A stretch of 64,000 bases of DNA from positions 42,656,001 to 42,720,000 of the forward strand of contig NC_042997.1 of assembly GCF_006345805.1 (NCBI RefSeq). The letters are read 5' to 3'. Source of the DNA: Octopus sinensis (lineage: Eukaryota). Positions 23,854-37,190 of this stretch are shown one piece after another. How positions within the stretch are numbered: position 1 is the stretch's first letter; each line of letters begins with the position of its first letter. The position numbers and the translations under genes were made by a program. The notes under the pieces were generated by a model that did not search any database, was not told where the DNA came from, and saw only the letters and a program-made list of their open reading frames with translations.

Positions 23854-24398
23854 CAAAGGAATGCCAAAATAAGTGCTAGTAACATATAAGAATCAATTCA
23901 ACTGATTATACTCTTCTTTCTAAAAAAATGCTGGTCTCTGTTCTTATTATTCATTATGTTTAATTTACACAGGAAGTAACTTTACTTACTACAGACTTAT
24001 GCAAGTGATTTATGTATGTGTGTTTTCTATGAGCATGAAGAATGTGTATGAGTGTACGAATGCACATGGCTGGTCTGACTAAAAAAATATGAGTGGGTGG
24101 TGAAACAACATTTTGCTTATAAGATCAAAACTGCTGATCTATGAAGTGAGAATGGTAGGGAGAGGTTCAGGAAACAACTTGGAATAATGCACTGGAAGAT
24201 AGAAATTCTGTCTTTCTGTCAAATACATAGATTTCATTGTATCGTGAGAAACTTATCTGCTAAATATTTAAAGAGTAGGGAAATCTGTATTGCTGCTAGA
24301 TAGTAAAAGTGCTCTGAATAAGGAGGGAAAGGAAGAAGGAGGGAAAGGAAGATATCTACAAGGCTGCCTTATATTGCTTGGACAATATACACACTCAC

Positions 24399-24423
24399 CT
24401 CCTGGTAATACCAACAGAAACTG
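24399..24423 (-). CDS. Host gene microexon (25 nt, phase 1 to 2): (A)VSVGITR
   Basis: Poly-T TAG acceptor with a NAGNAG (TAG/CAG), AG|GTGAGT donor, open frame. Confidence 0.6.
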
Positions 24424-25124
24424 CTAAAAAAAAAAAAGGAGGGTGGTTGGTTGTTGACATTTTGTAAACGAAAAATAATAAAATTCACACAAGATATAAA
24501 TTTATGTATACATATTTATAAGAATGTGTATATGTAAGTTATAAATGACTAGGATACTGTTAATAATGATCATGATGAGTAAAACAGAGTCTGGATATTG
24601 AAATATTGTTGAAACAGAAGTCTCCATTTTGTTCAGTTCCTGGGAGAAATATTCTTTTATTTGAATAAAAGTTTTGCTTTTGACGGAAGAGACAACTACT
24701 AACTTTCATGGTTTGAACGATAAATTCCAGTCTATTTCTTTGAATACTGATAAATAGAATGGAGTTTAATTCATTAGCATTCAGATTACCCTGTCAAATG
24801 TAATGTTTATTACTTCACCTTGTTTTGAATTAACTTTCTTGTACTTTTAAGATTTCAATGAAGTAATTGTTTCTTTTTAGAATGACATTGTAGAGTAAGT
24901 GTGAGAGGCCACATCTGGCTTGTTTGAACATAAAACAGATAGAACACTTGGGCCAGATATAGTTGGTTTAAATGATTAAAGGGTTAAATTCCTAAGTTTT
25001 TGTTAATGAAATGTGGCTACAAACAATGTTTACCATGATAAACTTTTAGGTTTTAGATCAGGGGTGTCTTAATCAACAATTCTTCACAGAAGTTATATTT
25101 CTAGTACTATTATTACGATACTCC

Positions 25125-25508
25125 GGAGGCGCAATGGCCCAGTGGTTAGGGCAGCGGACTCGCGGTCATAGGATCACGGTTTCGATTCCCAGACCGGGCG
25201 TTGTGAGTGTTTATTGAGCGAAAACACCTAAAAGCTCCACGAGGCTCCGGCAGGGGATGGTGGTGATCCCTGCTGTACTCTTTCACCACAACTTTCTCTC
25301 ACTCTTACTTCCTGTTTCTGTTGTACCTGTATTTCAAAGGGCCAGCCTTGTCACTCTCTGTGTCACGCTGAATATCCCCGAGAACTACGGTAAGGGTGCA
25401 CGTGTCTGTGGAGTGCTCAGCCACTTACACGTTAATTTCACGAGCAGGCTGTTCCGTTGATTCGGATCAACCGGAACCCTCGTCGTCGTAACCGACGGAG
25501 TGCTTCCA
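25125..25508 (+). mobile_element. Young tRNA-derived SINE (family A), copy 4
   Basis: Full length; TSD ATTACGATACTCC (25112-25124, 25509-25521). Confidence 0.95.
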
Positions 25509-28500
25509 ATTACGATACTCCAATATTCTTCTGCTGGCCAAGTAAGTGTCAGCCTAAGATCAACAGCAAATGTTCCATCATTGGTGCTGTGAGCTATTGT
25601 AGACGTGAACGCCTAAGTCTCAGTACTCTCCCAACAAAGTTGAAAAAACAAGATGCTAGGGAAACAGATGCTATTACAGTTAACTGATGGAAACATTGTT
25701 TGGTTTCTGTAGGTTTTGGCAATGAGTTTGCAGTGATCCTATCAACTGAACTCTTCACTGAATTAGCATGCAAGTGACTGAACCTTTTACAGACATGTCT
25801 TCATCATCATCATCATCATTTTTACATCTATTTTGCATGGGTCAGATGGGGTTTGTTAAGGCAGAGTTTCTATGGCCAGGTGCTCGTCCTGTCGCTAATC
25901 CTCACCTATTTCCAAGCAAGGTAATATTTTCTCATAGCCAGACATGTTTTTCATGCAAGAATGGAAATGAACACTCTTGCTCATTGACAACCATTACCTG
26001 ATGTCTAGACAGGAGTATACAACCATATACGCACACACATGATGAGCTTCCTTCAGTTTCCATCTACCAAATCAACTAACAAAGCTTTAGTTGTCCTAAG
26101 GCTATAGTAGAAGACACATGTCCAAGGTGCCACACAGTGAGATTAAACCCAAGATCACATGGTTGAGAAGCAAGCTTCTTAATCACAGAGTCAAGCTTGC
26201 ACACTTAATATAATATCAGTGCAACACAGTTCAACAAGGCTTCCACAATATTTCCATTTAACTAATTTTACTCACAAGACATGGGGGTGACTCAAAACTA
26301 TGGTTAAAGGACACCTGCCAAAGAAGCCTTATTGTGGGATCAAACCTAGGACCTCATGATTGCAAGGTAAACTTCTTAACCAACTGGCTATGCCACATAA
26401 ATCTCATTAGCTTGCAATGTTGAGTTAAGTACTACCATGGACTACCATTTTGATGTTAACTGCATAAAAATTATGAAAAACCCTATACATTCTCAAAAAT
26501 CCCTCCAAGATACACGAAAAACAGCTGCAGAAGTTTTCTAAAAAAAGCAACAAGAAAAAAAACAATGACACTGTTATTGTAATATATAATTTTTGCAGCG
26601 GTTGGTTGCAAATGAGAGGTTTGATCAATAAACGAGGCATGGAATTGTTCCTAACAACATCAGTTGTTCGGGTCGAGACAGTTAGTCCATCTCGAAAGAC
26701 TGAACAGGTCCTAATTCTCAGTTAAATTGTTAGTGGCATGGAAGACCCTGGCTAAAAAAAAAAAAAAATCCCAAAAGGCAGTTAATAATGCAAATTCTTT
26801 TTTTCTCTAGTTTCAGCTCAGAGCTGTGGCCATGCTGGTGCACCACCATTTAAATATTCACATTTATAAAACATGTAAAACGTAAAAAAAAACTCAGTTC
26901 ACTCTGCTACTAAATAAAGCTTGGGAGAAAAAAAAACTTTTATTTTAGCTGTCTAATACTGTAAGTGTTCTGCACTAACTAGTATAGATAAAAATGAAGT
27001 TAATTATTGATTATTTATTATAATCTCGCTCTCTCTCTCTCACACAGACACATACAAGAAAAAAAATATTTAAAAATGCAAATAGAGTAATAGAAACTAC
27101 AAATATTCTACTAAGGATAGATATGTCAAAAGTTCATTGCTCAGATAGATTCTGAAAATTTCAGAGACAGTTCTCAGAAAATAGTATGTTACTGAGATAA
27201 ACAGTCTCTAAACACTGATAACCATTTATTTCTAGGGCAAAATATAGAAAAAAAAAATAATAAAAGAAAAAATGAAAAGAAAAAATAATAATAAAAAGAA
27301 AAGATAAAAGAAAGTAAGAAAGAAGCAGGGAGTTGCATGAATATATACAGAGAATGGCTTGGTAAACAACAGATGCTTTGTGAGCAAAACAAATATTATA
27401 CAACTGACTGCTGCTATACATAGGAAGAGAATAGGATTTCTAGTGGAAGTGGAGAGGAGGGGAGGGACTAATGTCTGTAGAGCTTTGAAAGTGCAGTGAA
27501 AAGAATAAGTTATCGAAACTCTGAGAAATTTAAAGATGAATCTAAAATATATTTTTAGTTAGTAAGGAGAAGTTTGCCTTTCTGAGGTTAAACGATGATA
27601 ATATGGCAAATTAATAAAATGGCATTTGATGTGTATGCAGGCAGGTGTGTGTGTGTGTGTGTGTGTATCTATCTATGTATGTATACATGTTACATCTTTT
27701 ATCTTTTACTTGTTTCAGTCATTAGACTGTGGCCATGCTGGGGCACTGCCTTGAAGAATTTTTAGTTGAATGAATTGACCTCAGTACTTAATTTTTTCAA
27801 GCCTGGTACTTATTCTACCAGTCTCTTTTGCCAAACCACTAAGTTGTGGGGATGTAAACACACCAAGCAGTGATGGGGGACAAACACAGACGCAAAACAC
27901 ACACACAATGGGCTTCTTTCAGTTTCCATCTACCAAATCCACTCACAAGTCTTTAGTCGCTCCAAGGCTATAGAAGACACTTGTCCAAAGTGTGCCATAC
28001 AGTGGGACTGAACCTGGAACCATGTGGTGGGAAGCAAGCTTCTTACCACACATCCATGCCTGCACCTATATATATATATATATACATATACATATACATA
28101 TATATATATATGCATGCTGTTTTATATTCATTTCCCATGGTGGTATGGGTTTTTGCAAATTTTAGTTTGCATGTGTTGAATCAATTATTTTTCCAGCATT
28201 TGGATGAGCTTCCTACAAATAAGTACTCAACCATAAAAGTAAAATTGCCAGAGGCAGCAGATAGACCAATGAAAGCATAAATATCTACCATTGAAATCCA
28301 GATTAACAACATCAGATTTACAAACCATCTGGTAATTCAAATCAGCTAACTGATCAGAGCTTCAACAATTCTATGACAACTATCATTGGCAAAAAAAAAA
28401 AAAAATTTCTTCATTCCTAAGTTATCTTTTAGATAACTTAGGAACAGAGAGAGGAGTAAAGAATGGAAACTAGACCAATTCTACACTTTCCACATGACCA

Positions 28501-29169
28501 AAACCTGGAACTAAACAACCTTGAAGAGATTTACAAACAACAATGCTATGGCTGCATAGACAAAAGATAGAGCCTGCCTACAATACTTGGATGAAATCAC
28601 CCACTCTCACTCACTGATAGACATTTGACTCCAAACAAAACTTTTGAACAAGCAAAGAATATTTCAATCAACTTTGTAGAATCCTCCTACACACAATTCT
28701 TCATTCTAGAAGATTCTAATTAGAAAAAAAGGAAAAAAATTGTTGCCAGCTTTGTCTCCAGTTCCACAGAAATCCTTTCCTTGACTAACTTTCTTAAAAC
28801 TACATTCCTCATCATCTTGTGCTCACAAGAACAAAAAATTCTATGGTACAATTCTATAATATGAGCTACACAAGATAACTGGTCCAGTCAGTTTTTCAAA
28901 CATTACATGTAAATAATATTCTTAAGAACTAACCCTCTCCTACTGCATATATATAAATAAAATCACAATAAGGGTGAGAAAATTGAATATTAATTAATAA
29001 CATCAATTTAAAACACCAAGAAGCCTAACGAAAAAAACTGAGATACAGTAAAAATTATTAATACAAGCAATAAGAGAGGGACCACATGTGGTCACTCTAA
29101 CGCTAGAAATAGATCCGCAAAGGGAATCCACCACTAAAGAATTGTTCTCAAGCATTGTTCTCTTATTGC

Positions 29170-29200
<31 letters not shown>

Positions 29201-32200
29201 ATCATCATCATCGTTTAACATCCGCTTTCCATGCTAGCATGGGTTGGATGATTTGACTGAGGACTGGCGAACCAGATGGCTGCACCAGGCTCCAATCTGA
29301 TCTGACAGAGTTTCTACAGCTGGATGCCCTTCCTAACGTCAACCACTCTGAGAGTTTAGTGGGTGCTTTTTACGTGCCACTGACACGAGGGCCAGTCTGG
29401 CGGTACTGGCAATGGCCACACTCGAAAATGGTGTTTTTTACATGTCACCTGCACAGGATTCAGTCCAGCAGCACTGGCAATGACCTCGCTCGAATGTTTT
29501 GTTCACATGCTGCCAGCACAAGTGCCAGTGAGGCAGTGCTGACAACGGTCACACTCAAATGATATATATATATATAAAATCCTACTAGAATTGTATAAAA
29601 AAGATTAAAATATTTTGTGTATAGCAGAAGTATAAGCAATTTCTTGCACATAAAGTTTAACAAGAAAATCTTATATGGCCCCCAAGTTCTAGAAATGGAT
29701 GATAGTGCATTCCATTTAAAGGAAGAGTAAATTCTTAGAGCCTATGAACCACCAGCCAATCACTGATTTCCATCACCTATCGTTACTTTCATTACCGGTG
29801 CAGTATTAACGAGAGAAATTCATTAATGACTTGCTTTATTTTAGTAGCAACTTAACTTGACATTATTGTTTGTGGCACAATAATGCTTGTGCATAACCTA
29901 CTTGTGGGCTCTTTCGGCTCTAACCTCTTTGATCAGAAACTTCCTGACAGACCATTCCATCACAATACTATCAACAAGAGTACCCTTTCCCACTTGTATT
30001 TCTATTAACCCTTTAATATTTAAACCGGCCATATCAGGCCAAAATAGCTAATCTGTTTTATGTTCAAACTGACCAGATCCAGGCTCTCACACCTACCCTA
30101 CAATGTTATTCTACATTAAGTAATTACACCATCAAGATCTTGAAGATATGAGATAATGCATGATTAATTCAAATCAATGGGAATCAATAAGCATTATGTT
30201 TGATCGAATAATCTGAACACTAAAGGGTTAATTTGGGTGTCTCTCATGGCTCACATCATTTTGTATCTATATCCCGGGTGTCCCCTTTGAAATTTTCAAT
30301 GGCGGTGCCCCAGCATGGCCACAGCTCATGAGCTGAAACTAGAATCAATCAATCAATCAATCAATCAATTACTGAGTGGTTTCCTGTTTATTTCTACAGT
30401 CCTCAGTGGTATAGCTCTTCACTTCCACGTAAATTCTGGGTTATGTCTCATCCACATGCAATCTTCATAACTTCCCTTAAATATGCATAAACTCCATGCA
30501 GGAGATGTGTTTACTTGACAAAAACATCCCTTTGCAAAATAACTGATAATATGAGAATTCCAAACTTTTAAGGCACAATGAACCTGTATGGGGTAAAATT
30601 AAAATGAAAAATTCAAAAAAATTATTAATGATGTTGAGTAGATAAAATACTTCTTTCTTGGAATGGTGAAACTTGAAGTAGACAAAGCTATAATTAACAG
30701 CATGTAAAAATTGGGTTAAGAGACCCAGCCTTTGACTTTTTCTTTTCAAAAATTTTCTCAAACCAATGTTTACTCACTATTGTTTGTAAGTTTTATCTGC
30801 CTCAAGCTTCACTATTTCAAGAAAATGTCAAGTTGGAGAAAATACATAGGGTTGAAAAGTTCATCTCCTCTGTTACCACTTCTGGTAGAATTTAATCAAA
30901 CTACAACACAGACTGTTCCCCATTAATTAGTTTTCAAAAGAGGAGCAATGACTGTAGCCTTTGTAATCTCATTGACAGAGAAATAGGTTATAATTAATTA
31001 ACCAACATAAATGTATTGTGTGTGTGTGTGTGAATAATTGATCTGAAACATTAAGAGGTAAAATGGTGAGTGAGTCAGGGAGGGAATACATGTGTGCGTG
31101 TGGGGGGGGGGAATTGGCAATTACAAAGGGAAAAGGCACAGAAATTCAGAAGCAATGAAACAAAGATGACTTTATCAATACTCAAGAGGTTAACTGGTCT
31201 TTATTTCATATAATTATCTCTTCCTGTCATTTTTCCGTAAAGCACAAGTATGGAAGCACATACTATACATTAACCCTAAAGTTTTCAGCTACAAGTATGG
31301 ATGCACATACTATACATTAACCCTAAAGTTTTCAGCTACTAGTGTTACAATAATAACAATATTCTTTTCTATTGTTGTTGTTGTTGGTATTATTATTATT
31401 ATCATTATCATCATCATCATCATCATCATTAAGGCAGCAAGTTGGCAAGATGGTTAGCATGTCGGACAAAATGCTTAGCAACATTTCTTCCAGCATTAAT
31501 GTTCTGAGTTCAAATCTTACCCAGGTCAATTTTGTTTTACATCCTTTCAGGACTGATAAAATAAAATACCAGTCAAGTGTTGGGGGTCAAAGGTAACACT
31601 AACCCCACTGGCCTTGTGTCTGAATCAGAAACAATTATAAAGTAACTCTTGTAACAACAGTAAAGATAAGAAGAGCACAATGGGGGGAGGGGGGTAATAT
31701 TTTCTTCTACTGACATCAAACCACGTATTTTAAGGGAGAGATATTGTTGGCTAAACTGCCTCCCCCCCTCACCCGTGCTTGAATGGTATATATTTTGTTG
31801 GCACCCAATGGAATGAAAGATTACAGTCAACTTTGGCAGGATCTGAAAACAGCCATTATAACATTGAAGATTTCTCATAAGGCCACAAACTTGTAGCGAA
31901 TGGAATAGACTTCAGTTCCTGATTAGTACTTAGAATATAGAGAGATGGGACTAATGCTGAAAGATTTAGTCCATGCAGATAATAATTTAATCTAGCAGCC
32001 TTTTGTTATTTTCAATGTGTGTACTTTATAATTCATTACTTTTATATATTATACAGCATTGACTTGACAGAGTTTTTAGCCTGCTAGACAATATGCCATG
32101 AAACATTTTGTCCGGTTTTATATTCTGAGTTCAAATTCTGCCGAGGCCAACTTTGTCTTTCATCCATTAAAGGGTTGATGAAATAAGTATCAGTTGAGCA

Positions 32201-32850
32201 CTGGGGTTGATGTAATTGAATAGTCCCCTCCCATCAAATTTCAAGCCTTGTGCCTATAGTAGAAAGGACTATTTGGGCAGCAAGATGACAAAATCATTAG
32301 CAGGCCAGACAAAATGCTTGATATTTTTTGAGTTCAAATTCTGCTGAGGACAACTTTGCCTTTCATCCTTTTGGATCAATGAAATAAGTATCATTCGAGC
32401 ACTGGGATCAATGTAATTGTCTGGTCACCCCCCCTCATATTTCAAGCCTTATACTTATAGTAGAAAGAATTATTTTTACATATTATTTTTTTAAAGTTGT
32501 GAGTGAGAACCATGATATTAGATAGATGACCTTACAGCAAGAACACTGATTTAAACAGCCTATTAAAGGTATCGCATCATAGTTCAATAGAATTGTGATG
32601 CAAAGAAAATGAGAGTAGATGAATAATCTTAAGAACTGTGAAGATAAAATGATATGGATTACAGACACACAAACATAATGCTAGCAATAAAACAGGGAAG
32701 ACTTTCTGTGAGATTTAAGACTTGTGTGTGCATATATGAACACTAAATGTTTCATTAAACATTTGGATTTAAAAAGCAAGGCAGAGGAGTTCAGTGTTAT
32801 GAATGTCAGATATGGTAGCTTACATTTCTTTTGTGCAAGTTTTGCATTAC

Positions 32851-32886
32851 CTATTGGTCGATTTGTTGGCAGACAGGATACTCCAG
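32851..32886 (-). CDS. Host gene microexon (36 nt, phase 1 to 1): (T)GVSCLPTNRPI
   Basis: CTGAC/CTAAT branch-like motifs, TTCTTACTTCCTACAATAG acceptor, AG|GTAATG donor, symmetric and open. Confidence 0.65.
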   Translation of the reverse strand: MEYPVCQQIDQ

Positions 32887-35101
32887 CTATTGTAGGAAGT
32901 AAGAACCATAGAATTAGTCAGTGTAGACATGACCGTCCCCACCCTCACCACCACCATCACTCATGCAATATGCACATAAAAACAAATTAAGCATAGACAT
33001 TGACTAAACTCAAGCTTTGAGTGATTGATACCTATAAATGATACCTATTACAATCTCAATAGCTAAAAGTGAATGTATATATGTAGGTTGCAAGTTGTAG
33101 ACCACAGTTCTTCACCTATGTAAACAGAAATATTACATCTTTTTCTCAAGGAGCAGGTTATAGGATACACAATTTCTTTTTCTGATAGTTAATTAATAAA
33201 AGGTGGTGTATGTGTGTGTGATTATTTGCAAGCAATAATTCTGAGTGAATCAGTATTCCTTGATCAATGGAAGACGATCAGCATCTTTTTAAAGCAAACC
33301 ATCCAAAACGTGGTGAATTCATGAGATTACATTTATTCTAGGAATTAATAACAATAGGTATCAAAACGCAGCATCAATTATCGGTCAGTGACATGTAAGG
33401 CATGAGATGTATACTTTACATTTATATTGTTATTCTTACTTTTAAGTAACAATGGGAAACCTTTTTCTAGAGTAGACCTATGCCACAAGAATAACTAAAA
33501 TGTTGCTTAATGTTGAAGAGCATCTCAAGAGATTTACTGTCCCAACGAGGACATTGCTTCATGTTTTTTTGCATTTGTAAAATATGCTAAGACACAATGG
33601 GAAGCATCATTTATCGTTTTTGGGCCAAGTGATGAAACAAGGTTCTCTGTACAGTCTGGTCTGAGGAAACAGAATGCTACCAATGAGGGTGGCTTAACAT
33701 TTCTTGAATTGTGTGATTAAAAACTTTAAAGAGGAGTATTAAAGACGGGAAGATCATACTTGAGAAAGAAAAGAAGAGATTAAAGTTAACATCTAACAAA
33801 ATTAAAGTTAATTTATCTCTGAAGATTTGAAATTAATCAAATGACCATGATTTAATTCATTAAACAAATGAAAGAATATAGGAATTAATAAGAGGGAAAT
33901 AGGGAAAGAAACACCAACATAAGTTTAAAAATAAAAAATAAAATTAGTGCAAACTCTCATTACATATTTTCAATACATATTTAAAAGTTAAATTTATAAT
34001 GTAAACTAATGAAAAGTAACTATTAATTAACCATTATATAATTTTTAAATGATTTATTATCTCTGTATATGTACTGTTAATAATTGCACACACTTTTCTA
34101 GTATCATTATTTAAGTGTCATTTTCCTTTCTTTTTTGTGTGTTGTATAATATGTTTTCTTAAAAGCCAATTTATTAGTGATGAAAATAAACTAAATGACA
34201 GAGTTTGAGGAAAGTTGCTAGAGTAAAACAGAAATATCAGTATAAAGATATTTTGTGGATAGTTGTGGAAGGCTAGGAGATGAAAATAGTAACTTAATGA
34301 ATGAGATAAAAGATGATATTTAACTAAAAATTTTTTAGAGATCAGTGATTTAACAGAGAAAAATTTTTTTTCTCCTTTAACATTTTTTATTGATGGACAA
34401 AAAAAAAGTCATCTTTTCAGCTAATTAATTATGTGATTAAATTTTAGTGTTCAAGAGAGCAACAATAAGTCTAATCTTCTTGAGACAAAGTTTGTTCAAT
34501 TAAATTTCTAAGGCATCATTTCATTAAGGGGATAATTTCAAGAATAAATAGATTGTGCATTCTGCAGATGTTATTTAGAAAAGATAACTGGGAGATAGAG
34601 ATAGAGTGAGAGAGAGAAAGAAAAGGAAAGGATAATTAAAAGAGAAAAGATAATGGCTTCAGTTTTTCTAGAGTCTAAAAGAATTTTTATAAATTTGGAA
34701 ATATTGAAAAATTTTATGAACCATTTCAACCTTTAAAATTATGAAAGGGCAGGGAAAAAAAGTAAGCACATAGTTAAAACTTACTTCTGTACTTTTTATA
34801 TATATATATGTGTGTGTTTGTGTGTGTGCGTGTGAGTATAAATGTATATGTAATATTTTAAAATATTTCATAAGTAATCTAAAATAATTTTAAAAATATC
34901 ATTTTAAAAATGTCAATGATAAAAAAAATGATAATGATGACAATCAGAGTGGCTTCTTTTTTTTATGTTGTTGCTGTTTTTTTTTTGTTTGTTTTTGATA
35001 TTTTTAAAAAACATGGCAGGGGGAAAAAATTTGGATATAAGTACAATGCTAGGAATTAGTTTCCCCATAATTGTGTTTAACCATGAAATAACACACATTA
35101 C

Positions 35102-35636
35102 TTTGTTCTCCATTTTCACAGGTCTGTTTTATATCATGTGTATCTGGTACATTTTCAGTCACTGACAGGGCATCTACTACAGTGTCACTATGTATTACAG
35201 TGCGTGGTTTACGCATATCTAAACTCCTAATTGGTTCAGAAGCTGGAGACTCACTTCGACTGGTGTTGTCCGTAAAAACACTATCTGCATCAGAGCCAAT
35301 CACATCCAGTTCAGCACCCTCTGATGAAGACTTTGTTACAGAAGTGCCAGAGATTTTTGCTTTCAGTGGCTGGTGTTGCTGTTTTTCAATGCCTTCTTCT
35401 CTGCTACAAACACCTTCTACCATACTGCTACTGCTGCCAATATTTTCACCGTTTTGGTTATTGCTGGCACCACTTCTATTACTACAAACACTATCGTTCA
35501 GGGGTCCAAGAAACCAGTCTGATCTCTGCCGTAAACGCTCCAACTGCCGGCGCCTTACAGAGTTGTAGCGACTCAAACATTTTGTCTTATGGTCACTTCG
35601 TAATTCATTTAAATTATCTTCTAAGGATTTTGGACG
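35102..35636 (-). CDS. Host gene large exon (535 nt, phase 0 to 1): RPKSLEDNLNELRSDHKTKCLSRYNSVRRRQLERLRQRSDWFLGP...ENGEQ
   Basis: Lies within a 197-aa non-repeat ORF; TTTTTTTATTTGCAG acceptor, GTAATG donor; Ser/acidic low-complexity composition. Confidence 0.9.
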
Positions 35637-35848
35637 CTGCAAATAAAAAAAACCAAAACAAAATGAATAATTGAAAACCTCTTTTTAATTAACAGTTTTA
35701 ACTACAGGTACAACATTCACTTTCTGGACACTAATGGTATGGAACCTCTTATAACCTGCACTAATTTATAAGCAAGCACTTTCAATTCCCGCAGTTGCCA
35801 GACTAGTTTAATGGGTAGATCTGTTTTACAGTAATTTACACAGTACAG

Positions 35849-36072
35849 TACATGAGGGTGGGGCTGAGAAGTTCCTGGCTTTGGACAAAAGAAAATACAG
35901 GAGGGCCAAGTAATTACGATTTCATTCAACATATTCCCCTCTCAGATTCACACACTTATTGCAGCGGTCCTTCAGTTCTTCTAAGCCCTGTAAAGGAACT
36001 CAGAATGTTGGGCCTCCAACCAGGCCTTTCATGATACCCTTACAGCCAGGAACTTTTCCGCAGCCCCTTGTA
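35849..36072. mobile_element. Mariner-derived MITE
   Basis: TIRs CATGAGGGTGGGGCTGAGAAGTTCCTGGCT / AGCCAGGAACTTTTCCGCAGCCCCTTG with TA flanks. Confidence 0.75.
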
Positions 36073-36415
36073 GTAATAAACTTGTATAATTTATATGAAG
36101 GTGCAGGTATCTGTATTTCACATAATTATTTAAGTAAATTTAATATTTGTTTAGTTTAGAATGTGCTGACCCCTGGTTTGAAAGAATCAGTAATCTGGAA
36201 TGGCTTTGAAACAGAAGGCCCTGGAAAATCAATGTTGTACCTGTATTTATATTTTTAGTACACATATAACATTCTAATCAGTTTATTTTTATGATGATAT
36301 TTCAAATGTTTTATCAGTAATTCAACATTACTTTTATAGCAAGCTTAGCATATAATATCAAATAGTAGATACTATTTCTGCTCATGAAAAGTTTACAAAA
36401 ATATATACATCACTA

Positions 36416-37190
36416 GCATCATCATCATCATCATCATCATCGTTTAGCGTCCGTTTTCCATGCTAGCATGGGTTGGACGGGTCAACTGGGGTCTGTGAAG
36501 CTGGAAGGCTTCGTCAGGCCCAGTCAGATCTGGCAGTGTTTCTACGGCTGGATGCCCTTCCTAACGCCAACCACTCCGCGAGTGTAGTGGGTGTTTTTTA
36601 CGTGCCACCTGCACAGGTGCCAGACAGAGCTGGCGAACGGCCACGAACGGATGGTGCTTTTACGTGTCACCGGCATGGGGCCAGGCGATGCTGGCAACGG
36701 ACACGAATGGATGGTGCTTTTACGTGCCACCGACACGGGGCCAGACAGAGCTGGCAACCGGCCACGAACGGACGGTGCTTTTACGTGTCACCGGCACGGG
36801 GGCCAGCCGAGGCTGGCAACGGACGGTGCTTTTACGTGTCACCGGCACGGGGGCCAGCCGAGGCTGGCAACGGACGCGAACGGATGGTGCTTTTACGTGC
36901 CACCGACATGGTTGCCAGACAGAGCTGGCAAACGGCCACGAGCGGACGGTGCTTTTACGTGTCACTGGCACGGGGGCCAGCCGAGGCTGGCAACGGACAC
37001 GGACGGATGGTGCTTTTACGTGCCACCGACACGGGGCCAGACAGAGCTGGCAAACGGCCACGAACAGATGGTGCTTTTACGTGTCACCGGCACGGAGGCC
37101 AGCCGAGGCTGGCAACGGACGCGAACGGATGGTGCTTTTACGTGCCACCGACACGGTTGCCAGACAGAGCTGGCAAACGGCCCAGGATAT
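36416..37190 (-). mobile_element. RTE 3' end carrying an expanded internal tandem array
   Basis: (CAT)n tail at 36416-36441 and the RTE 3' UTR core, followed by the array. Confidence 0.88.
36585..37182. repeat. GC-rich minisatellite of 10 units (~51-64 bp), alternating A and B types
   Basis: Anchor GGTG(C/T)TTTT(T)ACGTG repeated 10 times; A units contain GCCAGACAGAGCTGGC, B units GCCAG(C/G)CGA(G/T)GCTGGC. Confidence 0.92.

Noticed and set aside
28414-28444. 14-bp perfect hairpin (TTCCTAAGTTATCT-TTT-AGATAACTTAGGAA)
   Set aside because: Isolated and AT-rich, with no associated motif; not supportable as a terminator or miRNA precursor.
30370-30545. Open minus frame YFAKGCF...MRHNPEFTWK*
   Set aside because: The acceptor phase does not fit the exon chain and the frame ends in a stop; no other support.
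31244-31337. 47-bp tandem duplication containing one TAACCCTAA telomere-like word
   Set aside because: A simple two-copy slippage duplication; a single hexamer is not an interstitial telomere.
33536-33660. Possible exon (PDCTENLVSSLGPKTINDASHCV...)
   Set aside because: Open only in phase 2, whereas the flanking exons require phase 1; weak donor.
36585-37182. CRISPR-like repeat/spacer appearance, and 178-239-aa ORFs
   Set aside because: The intervening sequences are themselves repeated (A/B types), there are no unique spacers or cas genes, and the array sits in an RTE 3' UTR; the ORFs reflect a stop-free GC-rich unit.
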